The notes: generated by a model from the letters alone, not told the origin. DNA of 64,000 bases from Ignisphaera sp. (GCA_038821645.1 JAWBDT010000006.1:1-64000), one strand, 5' to 3'. Shown: positions 10,997-20,333, numbered from the stretch's first letter. A program made the numbers and translations.

Positions 10997-11040
10997 AGCA
11001 ATACATAATTATCTCGTAGCAATACATAATTATCTCGTAG
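10997..11040. repeat. Perfect 21-bp tandem duplication
   Basis: AGCAATACATAATTATCTCGT at 10997-11017 and 11018-11038, then AG. Confidence 0.95.
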
Positions 11041-11066
11041 AGTGAGAGTATTGATAGAGTAAGATC

Positions 11067-11420
11067 ATGACTATAACTAGAAGAGCTCTAATGTTGACAA
11101 TATTATCTATATCTATTACCCTAGCTGTTGCTGGAGTATTGATGACTGTTGCACAACCCCCGTTAGAGATTATTGAAATCATATCTATGATTCTTGATAA
11201 TGTATTTATGTCCATTGCTATGCTTATCGTGTTTATCTTTGTTTTGATCCTAGGTATAGTGATGGTTTTCACCTCAGATAGCGAGTACGTTGTAGCATTA
11301 GGAGCGCTCTTATCATTTATTTCGATACTTATTATTGTTACAATTATCCCAAGGCTTACATATAAAGCTGAAGAGAGTATTAATCAGATTTTTGAAAATA
11401 TTTATGAGAAATTAACATAA
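11067..11420 (+). CDS. Small membrane protein with about 3 TM helices
   Basis: Three hydrophobic segments in a 117-aa ORF. Confidence 0.65.
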   Translation: MTITRRALMLTILSISITLAVAGVLMTVAQPPLEIIEIISMILDNVFMSIAMLIVFIFVLILGIVMVFTSDSEYVVALGALLSFISILIIVTIIPRLTYKAEESINQIFENIYEKLT

Positions 11421-11426
11421 AGTATT

Positions 11427-13046
11427 CTAGCCTGGACCCGCAATAGCCATTATATCCTCTATATTCAGTATAGCGAAAATCGATTGAGAGAACATTGACG
11501 ATATAAGCAATGTTGCTCCACTGAGTATTAGTAGAATTGATGTGTGGAGCCATGCTGATCCCACGAAACCTCCTCTAGCGAATTGCATAGCGAAAGCATT
11601 CAACGGTGTTATAATGAATATAAGGCCTATTTTCACAAACATGAGTATATCTAGAGGTAGTACAGTAACTGGCAGTATCTGGTAAGGGGTTCCAGCCATA
11701 GTTGAGATAAGTTCGTGAAGAATTATAACTAGTGTGAAGACGAATTCTGTTAGAGCTACCATAAGGACATGGAGCACATATATTGTTCCTTGAAAAGCTC
11801 TAGCTATCTGTTCTCTTTGTTTTCTTAAGTTAACGAGTCTCTGAGTCAAAATACTTATCATCTGCCCTACTTTAGCTGGATCTCCACCTGCTTCAACAGA
11901 ATCGTAGAATATGTCCATACCCTTTCTAACAGCCTCACTTCCTGTTTCACCAATAAAGTAGTACATAGCTACTCTTCTATCTACACCATTTCTAAGTCTC
12001 GCATAAAGTCTCTGAATAGGTTTTGTAAGTTCACCAAATTCTGTTCTAAGAATACTTCTGAGAGAAGCTACATAGTTTCTTAAGGATGTATAGGCTAATC
12101 CCAAGCTCCTTATGAATACTGTAAAGAAGTTTTCAATATTCTTAACTTTATTCTCTATTTTTCTGCCGATGAATCCAGGTAAGAGTAGACATAAGCCTGT
12201 GGTTATCAGTACATAGTATTCCTTTCTAAACACATAATATATGTAAGTACTTAAGACAATGCTAAGAGCTATAGATATCGTTAATATATATCTATAGATC
12301 TTTCTCTCCCTAAGATTTATAGGCATATTGTGCACAATGTCTTGCTTTGGTAAAGACTTTCTTATCAATAGTACCAACAGACCCAACATAGTTACGGAAG
12401 CTATAAACGATACCACAATTATTTGTATATCACCGAGAAAGAGCATAGAAAGAAGTATTAGGTTAACGTTAATGAATATAGATGAAGACATTGCAGCAGT
12501 ATATATACCTAGAAGAATCTTTATAGCCTCTAACACCCTAGTATAATCAGCTTCATAAGTTGCTGTTAGAGTATCTTGCTCCATTTGGAGAAATAGCTCT
12601 AGATCTTCACCAACATTTATAGCTTCAGAGAGTCTGAGTAAAAAGTCTTTGAATACCACATTGGTAACGTATTTAGCTTGATGTTTAACAGCATTAACGA
12701 ATCCGTAACCCCATCGCTTAGCTAGATTAGATATTCTAGTTAACGTATGGGTATAGTTTTTATATGTAGTTCCAGAAACATTGTATAGATTGAAAAGCTT
12801 TTCATGTGGAGGTCTACCTGTAGAAACACCATACATATGGGTAACAAGATAAAGCATATCTTCGTCAACTACTGTTGTTATACCTTTTCTCCTCAATACT
12901 ATAAGGATGTACCAGAGAATAACGGGTAGAGGCGATATAATTATCATACTGAAGTTGTATGGAAAAGGTAGAAGTATTCCTACAACAACAAGAGCTATGG
13001 TTATTAGTAATGGTCTAATTTTAGCTAGTAAAGACATACTGATCAC
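11427..13046 (-). CDS. arlJ: Archaellum assembly platform protein ArlJ (FlaJ)
   Basis: Polytopic T2SSF-type membrane protein directly after arlI. Confidence 0.9.
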   Translation of the reverse strand: MISMSLLAKIRPLLITIALVVVGILLPFPYNFSMIIISPLPVILWYILIVLRRKGITTVVDEDMLYLVTHMYGVSTGRPPHEKLFNLYNVSGTTYKNYTHTLTRISNLAKRWGYGFVNAVKHQAKYVTNVVFKDFLLRLSEAINVGEDLELFLQMEQDTLTATYEADYTRVLEAIKILLGIYTAAMSSSIFINVNLILLSMLFLGDIQIIVVSFIASVTMLGLLVLLIRKSLPKQDIVHNMPINLRERKIYRYILTISIALSIVLSTYIYYVFRKEYYVLITTGLCLLLPGFIGRKIENKVKNIENFFTVFIRSLGLAYTSLRNYVASLRSILRTEFGELTKPIQRLYARLRNGVDRRVAMYYFIGETGSEAVRKGMDIFYDSVEAGGDPAKVGQMISILTQRLVNLRKQREQIARAFQGTIYVLHVLMVALTEFVFTLVIILHELISTMAGTPYQILPVTVLPLDILMFVKIGLIFIITPLNAFAMQFARGGFVGSAWLHTSILLILSGATLLISSMFSQSIFAILNIEDIMAIAGPG

Positions 13047-13047
13047 A

Positions 13048-14727
13048 TTAGGTTAATGAACCTCTTTCAAGACGCTTCAAAGCTGTTTCTAATCCAATTT
13101 CATATGTCTTTATAATGGTGTTCCATACATCAAAATAATTGAATATTTTTTTCTTGACCATTAAGTCTAAGAATTGTGCCCGCATATTTAGTTCTTCGTA
13201 TATCTGCCTCATATTGATTCTAGAGATACCGCGCATTACCGCTATCTTGTTCTCCAAAAGATAACTTGCACCCTTGCCTCTAAATACAAAAACATCTCTA
13301 ACGGGATCCCATGTGAATACAGGTACATAGATTATCGAGTCTACCTCAGGATCGTAACCAATAATCTCATTAACACTAATAACTCTTCTAAGCATTATTC
13401 CGCCTCTCCATACAGCTGACTGTATCGTAACAAAGTTCAGATTATCCATAAAACTCTTGGGAATCTTAATCGGCTCACCTGTTAATCTTTGAACAACTCT
13501 TTCAACACTTGCTGCATGAAATGTTGATAGTACTGGATGACCCGTCTGCATAGCTTGAAAAGCTATAGCTGCTTCTACTCCTCTAATCTCGCCAACAATT
13601 ATGTAGTTGGGTCTCTGTCTTAAAGCGGCTCTAAGTAGATCAAACATTGTTACTGAAGATTCTTTAGAGCCTGTATCTCTAGTTAATTCTCTTACCCAGT
13701 TGAGATGAGGTAGCTGTACTTCTGCTGTATCCTCTATAGATACAACTTTGTATGTCGGTGGAATGAAAGCTGATATAGCATTGAGTAGTGTGGTTTTTCC
13801 TGAAGCTGTTTCACCACATATGAAGCCGCTCATATTATTGTTGAGAAGCATCCATAGATAGGCAGCAACCTTTGTATCTAGCGTGTTCCATGCTATTAAT
13901 TGAGTTATACTTATGGGTATCTTACTGAATTTCCTAATCGTGAAATTACTTCCATGAAGACTCACATCCCCTCCATAGACAATATTTATTCTTGAACCAT
14001 CTGGAAGAGTTGCATCAACTATTGGTCTTGCATGAGATACAGGTTTCCCTATTCTTTCAGCAAGTTTAATTACGAAAGAATCTAGTTCTTCAGTAGATTT
14101 GAACTCTATATTGGTTTCAAGAGGGCCAAAGATTTTGTGAAAAAGGTATATATAGCCCATACCTCTACAAGTTATATCTTCTATCCAGATATCCTTTATG
14201 AATGGTTCAAGAACACCTAGACCTATTTTATCTTTCGCAATATGGTACCTAAGGTATTCATAATCTGCTCTATAGACTTGAATAGTTTTTGCACCACTTT
14301 TTAGTGTATCGTAATTTACTGGTGTATCAACGATTCTTATAATGCTATCTAGTTTTGATAATATGAGTTTTTTCCTTTCTTCAATATCTTCAACATTATC
14401 TTTCTCGGTTATAACATCAGCAAGCCTTATCTCGATTAACTCTAGCAATCTTGGGTGAGGAGAAGGTGGCTCAATAACAACATATTTTCTGTATCCGCTG
14501 ATAGTTCCTTGAGGAGGCATATAGATATGTATAAAAATCCCTTCACCTATATGGTACATCAGATTAACATTTCGTAGCTTCTTTAAATCGTAACTAAGTT
14601 CAGAAACATCAAGAATATTGGGAAAACCTATACTCTTTTCAATATTTTTGATGTATCGTACAACATAAGGTGCTTTCTTTAAAGCGTCTTTAACTTTCTC
14701 ACTAATTGTTACTGTTTGTAGAGACAA
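13048..14727 (-). CDS. arlI: Archaellum motor ATPase ArlI (FlaI)
   Basis: Walker A GETASGKT; SIEDTAE; LRQRPNYIIVGEIRG; His box TGH...TFH. Confidence 0.93.
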   Translation of the reverse strand: MSLQTVTISEKVKDALKKAPYVVRYIKNIEKSIGFPNILDVSELSYDLKKLRNVNLMYHIGEGIFIHIYMPPQGTISGYRKYVVIEPPSPHPRLLELIEIRLADVITEKDNVEDIEERKKLILSKLDSIIRIVDTPVNYDTLKSGAKTIQVYRADYEYLRYHIAKDKIGLGVLEPFIKDIWIEDITCRGMGYIYLFHKIFGPLETNIEFKSTEELDSFVIKLAERIGKPVSHARPIVDATLPDGSRINIVYGGDVSLHGSNFTIRKFSKIPISITQLIAWNTLDTKVAAYLWMLLNNNMSGFICGETASGKTTLLNAISAFIPPTYKVVSIEDTAEVQLPHLNWVRELTRDTGSKESSVTMFDLLRAALRQRPNYIIVGEIRGVEAAIAFQAMQTGHPVLSTFHAASVERVVQRLTGEPIKIPKSFMDNLNFVTIQSAVWRGGIMLRRVISVNEIIGYDPEVDSIIYVPVFTWDPVRDVFVFRGKGASYLLENKIAVMRGISRINMRQIYEELNMRAQFLDLMVKKKIFNYFDVWNTIIKTYEIGLETALKRLERGSLT

Positions 14728-14742
14728 GACCTAATCACCATG

Positions 14743-15474
14743 TCATGCTTTTGCGAGAGATATCGGTATGATCTTGATACCGAAGGCGGGATCTACATCA
14801 AATGCTATCATACTGTCCACAGGTCCTAGAGCACCTCTAAGTTTCACAATTTCCATAACCTTGATGATCATTCCTCCTACGCTATAGGGCTTCAACCTTA
14901 TATAACCATCACATTCGCTTCTCAATCTAATCATTATATCATCTGTTAGTGCTTCTGGATGAACCACAAATACTATAACCTTTCCTCGTGAGGTAATGTT
15001 CTTAGCTCGAGATATGAAGTCTAGTACATCGTTTATAGAGGCATATACTGCTAGAACAGAGAAAGAGTCTATAACCATTAGGTCCCAGTAGTCTACCGTT
15101 CTGAGCATAAATTCTCCAACGATATCTAGAAGGTATTTAGCTACACGCTTAGCCCATTTAGCACCCTCTATATGGACAGGAAATATCTTTAGCTTACCTT
15201 TGAAGAAGAAACTTGTCATATCTATACTTAGTCTTTTTGTTTGAAGTAGAAAATCTTTAACAGTATTTTCTGTTGTGAGGTAATATACATTCATGTTGTT
15301 TTTTAGAGCTCCGTAGGTTATTTGCTGAGCTAAAACGCTTTTACCAGTGCCATGGTCACCTTCGATAAGTATAAGCGATGGTATTGGTATACCTCCTCCA
15401 AGTCTATTGTCCAGTTCTTCGTTACTTGTTGAAATTGCAAGAGCCTTGTTTTCTCTAACCATATCAATCACCAA
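14743..15474 (-). CDS. arlH: ArlH (FlaH) KaiC/RecA-like ATPase
   Basis: LGGGIP, GDHGTGKS and VIDS motifs; C-terminal FDVDPAFGIKI. Confidence 0.92.
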   Translation of the reverse strand: MVIDMVRENKALAISTSNEELDNRLGGGIPIPSLILIEGDHGTGKSVLAQQITYGALKNNMNVYYLTTENTVKDFLLQTKRLSIDMTSFFFKGKLKIFPVHIEGAKWAKRVAKYLLDIVGEFMLRTVDYWDLMVIDSFSVLAVYASINDVLDFISRAKNITSRGKVIVFVVHPEALTDDIMIRLRSECDGYIRLKPYSVGGMIIKVMEIVKLRGALGPVDSMIAFDVDPAFGIKIIPISLAKA

Positions 15475-16012
15475 CGATAGCTACGAACTCTGTTTTCTCT
15501 CCTCTAGATGTATAGACAACTAGAGAAACATATGCATCTAAAGGTAGAAGAGGATATACCGCTTTGATACATAAAGATTCGCCAGGTCTTAAAGTATAAC
15601 TATTAACTACATCATATCGAATATTCCCGACATATCTGCCACATATGCTCCAGTAACCTGTATACAAAGTATTGCCATATACCGCCAAGTATGATGCATG
15701 TAGATCATTCGCTATAACTGTAGCTATAATTTCTATCTTCCTCACATCCTCTAGCGCTATAGGACCATAGTTCGTTATGTTTATGTATATTGTACCATTT
15801 GTGTATGCTTTGGCACTTGTTATTCTTATCTCTATTTTATGCTGTTCTCTAGCTAAATCTCTATGTAGAGAGGATACCGTCATCAATACTGTATATACAC
15901 TAAATAATGTTAGAATTAGTATTGCAAACCCTACTACAGTAGCTGAAATTGCATCAATAACACCTTTAGTGAAGCTTCTAGCCTGAGTAAACATATTCAT
16001 CACCAATACCAT
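15464..16012 (-). CDS. arlF: ArlF (FlaF) stator protein
   Basis: N-terminal TM, INITNYG archaellin-like domain and LRPGE; position between arlG and arlH. Confidence 0.75.
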   Translation of the reverse strand: MVLVMNMFTQARSFTKGVIDAISATVVGFAILILTLFSVYTVLMTVSSLHRDLAREQHKIEIRITSAKAYTNGTIYINITNYGPIALEDVRKIEIIATVIANDLHASYLAVYGNTLYTGYWSICGRYVGNIRYDVVNSYTLRPGESLCIKAVYPLLPLDAYVSLVVYTSRGEKTEFVAIVGD

Positions 16013-16469
16013 TAGGTAGAACCACTTTTACATTAAATGGTACTCTGTACTGAGTCCCATTATAGAGTTTAACGATGAGTGTTTCTCCTTTACTCCAAAC
16101 ACCATCTACAACAACTTCTGTATAGTTCCAACAACCAATACTACAAGTTCTATTGTATCTATATAGATTCTGTGTATATCCATCATCTATATAGATGTCG
16201 ATTAAGTTGACATTATTTAGAGATATATCTCTATTACCTATATTCTTTATGTATAGAATTAAGTATCTACTACCATCGTTTCTACTTACGTTTAATGCAA
16301 CACTAACTATCTTTATCGATGTCTCTAATCGTTCTCTAGCATTCCTTAGAGAAAGTTTCACAACACTATCTATAGTGTTCATCTGCACCAAGAGTGTTGT
16401 TGCTATAGCTGATGCTATTATTATACCTGCTACGACTATTATAGAGATACTTATGGTTTCAGAAACCAT
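15978..16469 (-). CDS. arlG: ArlG (FlaG) stator protein
   Basis: MVSETIS start plus TM; YIKNIG, WSKGET and LPNG motifs. Confidence 0.85.
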   Translation of the reverse strand: MVSETISISIIVVAGIIIASAIATTLLVQMNTIDSVVKLSLRNARERLETSIKIVSVALNVSRNDGSRYLILYIKNIGNRDISLNNVNLIDIYIDDGYTQNLYRYNRTCSIGCWNYTEVVVDGVWSKGETLIVKLYNGTQYRVPFNVKVVLPNGIGDEYVYSG

Positions 16470-16477
16470 AGAACCAC

Positions 16478-17419
16478 CTACGTTAATGGACTACCTATTT
16501 TATCGTTATTCATAGCCATCTTGAGAATCTCTGCATCTGCTTCACTATCATTTATACCAAAGATTTTAGCTAATGTATATATGTACACTATCTGTTCATT
16601 GACCTTCACACCAATTTTTCTGGCATTGTATACAAAATCTATTATAGCTATGAGTATATTCTTCTCCTCTTCAGTAATTATACCTATATTGGCTATAAAC
16701 TTCGACAACTCCTCAATAACGTCTCTAGGAACTCTGTCAATCATATCATCTATCCATTTCATAAGCTTTATAATTCCGCCGAGACCCAGCCTCTTAACAC
16801 CTTTACTGAATTCTATACCTAGACTAGATACAGCTTCAGCTATATTCGTTACATCTGTATCCTTAGATACAGCTGTTGATCCCTTAGCTTGTTCACCAAC
16901 ATTTGTTGCTATACCATTTCCTCCTCGATAGAGTAGCTTCTCAAAAAGTGATAGAAATTCTTTTTTAATCTCTGATCTATCGCTCTTATTTTGAATAGTT
17001 GTGGATGATTTTAACACATTGAATGGATTCATGAATTCAGCAAGTGCTGCTCTTACATCTACTAAAGCATTTCTTACATCATCTAAGCTTTTTGCAAAAT
17101 TCTCTTGTACATTCTTTACCTCGTTTTCTATCATATCTATACGTTGGTTAATATTCCCTAACTTACTTTCTATAGTAGAAGATAATTGAGATACTATGCT
17201 TTCACTAAGTTTCTCTAAATTAATTGAAGGTATAGAAGATGAAGCTTTTTCTGTTTCTATCTCTACTGATTCTGGTGAGCTAAGCTCCTCTATCTCTTCA
17301 GACTTAACCTCTTCTTTAGAACTCTTTTTTTCCTTTATTTTAAGGATGGGATAAATAAACACTCTACATATAATGCATTCACAGACCCATTTTCCATTAA
17401 CTGAAGTACTTCTAGACAC
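16478..17419 (-). CDS. Archaellum accessory protein (ArlC-like coiled coil ending NPF plus ArlD/E-like C-domain), in the ArlX position
   Basis: Coiled coil ...AEFMNPF; KWIDDMIDRV...IGIITEEEK resembles the Arch_fla_DE pattern; may start at CTG 17458. Confidence 0.65.
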   Translation of the reverse strand: MSRSTSVNGKWVCECIICRVFIYPILKIKEKKSSKEEVKSEEIEELSSPESVEIETEKASSSIPSINLEKLSESIVSQLSSTIESKLGNINQRIDMIENEVKNVQENFAKSLDDVRNALVDVRAALAEFMNPFNVLKSSTTIQNKSDRSEIKKEFLSLFEKLLYRGGNGIATNVGEQAKGSTAVSKDTDVTNIAEAVSSLGIEFSKGVKRLGLGGIIKLMKWIDDMIDRVPRDVIEELSKFIANIGIITEEEKNILIAIIDFVYNARKIGVKVNEQIVYIYTLAKIFGINDSEADAEILKMAMNNDKIGSPLT

Positions 17420-17467
17420 CTTAGCATCATTCTCTTGATCTAGTAGTTCAATAGCCAGAGTCTCACC

Positions 17468-17719
17468 TCACTTTTTTATAATAGCTATAAGGGTTACAAA
17501 GATTATGTGGAATCCTATAAAGAACATAAAAAACGCTAATAAGATGAGTACAATAAACATGTAGAGATCTGGAAGAGATAAACTAAGAAAAGATAGGAAG
17601 CCTCCTACCAAAGTTAGTGTAAAACCTTCAATAAGTACTAAGATAAGTTGTAGAGTAGAATAGCTTTTGTTGCCGCTTTCTAATTCAGTTGGTATAGCCA
17701 TAGTGCTACCCATTGACAA
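17468..17719 (-). CDS. Small 2-TM membrane protein of the archaellum cluster
   Basis: 83 aa with two hydrophobic helices; same frame as 16478..17419. Confidence 0.6.
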   Translation of the reverse strand: MSMGSTMAIPTELESGNKSYSTLQLILVLIEGFTLTLVGGFLSFLSLSLPDLYMFIVLILLAFFMFFIGFHIIFVTLIAIIKK

Positions 17720-17744
17720 TATTTAGCTACTTTTTATGGAGATT

Positions 17745-18704
17745 CTAGACAGTAATGCTTGCTATTGTCAGTATTGTTGCTGAGATTATTATGCATATCC
17801 CTAAGACAAAGGGTGTAATACTTGGTAATGCAAGTGAAAGAAGTAGTGCTAAAGCAGTAACTATCATGACCATTAGTGTAGCTCTCTTTATGACAACCCT
17901 TGGATGTAGTGTTCCAAATAATGTTGAACCTATTTGTGTTAAGAGATTGTTTTTGAATTTGACGTAATATGGATGTCTATAGAATATCATTAATCCCTCT
18001 TTTGTTAACCTATACATATGATTATTGTTCAAAATCTTTATACCGATTTTGTTTAGCAAGGGATTCAAGATCTTCATGAGAGTCTCTATAAACTTTGATC
18101 TCTTCTTCTCTACTTTCTTAAATAAACGAAGAGGACATCTGTTTTCTGAATACATTTCTAGATATGTTTTTGCTCTATCAACACTAAGTTTCATTCCTTC
18201 AGCAATTGTCCTTAGAGATGCTTCCTGGTTTTTGCTTGTAGCTATAGTTATTACAGCATCTGCTATATGATGATACTTAACTAAATCTGATGCTATATCT
18301 AGAACCATAGCCTTTATCTGAGCCTTACTTACTCGTTCTCCTCTATAGTATTCAGTAAGCCCCAGCATTTTGGCAAGCCTTCCATAGAATTCCATACCTT
18401 TCTCCGATAATCTATACAAGTCATATCCATTCTTGTCATCTTTAACCACAAGACCTTTAACCACAAGCTTCCTCATAGCGTCTAGAACTGCTTTAGGTCT
18501 CTCATTAAGGATTCTCGCAATATCCTTGACTGTGTAACCATCATCATTTCTACCCAGTTCCATTACTATATTTAGCTGTAATCCACCACGAGCAAAGTCT
18601 ATTATAGCATCAAGTTCTCTCAACATGTTTATCCTTGTATTTAGTGTATTTTCTATATCTACTGTTTGCTGAATTGTGTAATATAGCTCATCATCTAAAC
18701 TCAT
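17745..18704 (-). CDS. arnR: ArnR-like membrane-anchored wHTH archaellum regulator
   Basis: N-terminal wHTH (KDIARILNERPKAVLDAMRKL), two C-terminal TM helices, location in the archaellum cluster. Confidence 0.7.
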   Translation of the reverse strand: MSLDDELYYTIQQTVDIENTLNTRINMLRELDAIIDFARGGLQLNIVMELGRNDDGYTVKDIARILNERPKAVLDAMRKLVVKGLVVKDDKNGYDLYRLSEKGMEFYGRLAKMLGLTEYYRGERVSKAQIKAMVLDIASDLVKYHHIADAVITIATSKNQEASLRTIAEGMKLSVDRAKTYLEMYSENRCPLRLFKKVEKKRSKFIETLMKILNPLLNKIGIKILNNNHMYRLTKEGLMIFYRHPYYVKFKNNLLTQIGSTLFGTLHPRVVIKRATLMVMIVTALALLLSLALPSITPFVLGICIIISATILTIASITV

Positions 18705-18994
18705 GATGAATCACCCTTTAAACTGTACACGAGTTCCAACATTGATGGAGATTCTATTCTAGAACTATGTATCTTATAACCATTCTCTTTAGCAAATTCA
18801 ACAATAGATCTATGTATATTCATTACCTCGTCTATGTAAATTAGGCCAAAAAACCTTATCCTAATCTCATATAGAGAGCTATTAATACATAGGGTTACAA
18901 CATCAATAGCTTCACTACCTCTAGTACGTTCCTTAATCTTCTCACTAGGATCTCTCGTAGATCTACATGTAGATTCCTGTAGTACTAGTTCCAC
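18701..18994 (-). CDS. Hypothetical protein, first gene of the archaellum cluster
   Basis: 97-aa ORF with GGTGG RBS; overlaps the arnR-like start by 4 bp. Confidence 0.6.
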   Translation of the reverse strand: MELVLQESTCRSTRDPSEKIKERTRGSEAIDVVTLCINSSLYEIRIRFFGLIYIDEVMNIHRSIVEFAKENGYKIHSSRIESPSMLELVYSLKGDSS

Positions 18995-19018
18995 ATTTCC
19001 ACCAATTATAGTATACAG

Positions 19019-19080
19019 GCAGTAGCAAGCAGTTCCTCAGCCCCCACAATGTGGATATATATAAGCTTTTCTGCTACTGC
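19019..19080 (-). promoter_or_regulatory. BRE/TATA promoter of the archaellum cluster bracketed by a 9-bp inverted repeat
   Basis: Minus-strand AGAAAAGCTTATATATA; GCAGTAGCA (19019-27) and TGCTACTGC (19072-80); CCAC-aat-GTGG at 19044-54. Confidence 0.55.
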
Positions 19081-19269
19081 TAGAAAAGAAAATCTTAGAC
19101 TGTGAAAGATTTTGCTCCACACAATTTTCGCAGTACTACCAGTAGGATTGCCAAAAACTTAACTATAACAACATAGAGATTCTAGCTAAGGTGCAATATA
19201 AGCAATATTTTGTTTATCATTTATAGCCAAGTTTGTAGAACAGTCAGAATGTGTTATGGTTACTGAAAC

Positions 19270-20217
19270 GTGATTGTGATGCCCCTTATAGATTTAGAGA
19301 AAATTCGAGAGGTGTCAAAAGTATTAACATCTGTAGATATAAAGCCTATGGATCTATACGACACTAGGTTCTATCCCAACAAAAATGAGCCTCTAGATAG
19401 AGTGTTTATGTATTTCATAGTTATGGTGGCTATGGACCATAGACTTAGTAGACCAGGTAAACAATATAGAGCTTTTATAGATGGTGAAGAGCTTCATGGA
19501 GCTGATCTCCTCTATAGACTAGGAATGAAGATGTATAACGAAAAACCTGAATTTTTTGATCCTAGAAATCTGATCAAGATAGAGCCTCGAGATATAGTGT
19601 CATGGCTAACTATAGGAAGTGCCACTCCTCCCGATCCAGATGTGAGAGCCCTACTTCTACAGGATCTAGGTCTAAAAATATTGAAGTTATTTGATGGAGA
19701 TCCTGTAAATCTGCTTATTGTTTCTGAAAATCGGTTAAGAAAAGAAGATGGTAATGGATTTCTAGAGATACTCAAGATATTCAAAGCATATCAGGATCCT
19801 GTCGAGAAGAAGGGAATGCTTTTAGCTAAATTCCTCAGTTATAGAGGTATCCTCAATATAATTGATGTGTATAATAAAAGAGTAGCTGTAGACAATCATT
19901 TGACACGAATAGCCATTAGATTAGGTATAGTAGATCTTGAGAAAAGTTACATCGAAAAGATACAGAACATGATACCCATCGAGAGAGAGGAAGATATAGT
20001 CATAAGGTATAGTGTGAGAGAAGCCTATAGATACTTGTCTGAATACTCTAATGTAGACCCATTTCATCTCGATGATATTCTATGGAATCTAGGTAGATCA
20101 ATATGCATTAAAGTTAAACCTTTATGCGAAATATGCTATTTCAAGAATGTATGTAGAGCCTATTTAGAGAATGTGTATCTAGATGAGCCGATGTATTTCA
20201 ACACATGGTATTATTGA
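19270..20217 (+). CDS. HhH-GPD/EndoIII-like glycosylase-fold protein with C-terminal 4Fe-4S motif
   Basis: VDNHLTRI motif and C-X6-C-X2-C-X5-C (CIKVKPLCEICYFKNVC). Confidence 0.7.
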   Translation: MIVMPLIDLEKIREVSKVLTSVDIKPMDLYDTRFYPNKNEPLDRVFMYFIVMVAMDHRLSRPGKQYRAFIDGEELHGADLLYRLGMKMYNEKPEFFDPRNLIKIEPRDIVSWLTIGSATPPDPDVRALLLQDLGLKILKLFDGDPVNLLIVSENRLRKEDGNGFLEILKIFKAYQDPVEKKGMLLAKFLSYRGILNIIDVYNKRVAVDNHLTRIAIRLGIVDLEKSYIEKIQNMIPIEREEDIVIRYSVREAYRYLSEYSNVDPFHLDDILWNLGRSICIKVKPLCEICYFKNVCRAYLENVYLDEPMYFNTWYY

Positions 20218-20220
20218 TTA

Positions 20221-20275
20221 GTTCAGACCAGAAACCGTACATCATTAACTCAGCATATCTAGCTTACATCATCTT
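20221..20275 (-). ncRNA. C/D-box sRNA candidate
   Basis: ATGATGT-AAGCTAGATATG-CTGA-GTTA-ATGATGT-ACGGTTTCTGGT-CTGA: boxes C, D', C', D with two 12-nt guides. Confidence 0.75.
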
Positions 20276-20333
20276 GCAGAATATCTACCATACAAAAAGA
20301 TAAATCTGTTTAACTCTTTAAACCTTTCTAGGG

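Noticed and set aside
10997-11040. Possible CRISPR array
   Set aside because: Two abutting copies with no spacer and no cas genes; no CRISPR array was seen in the window.
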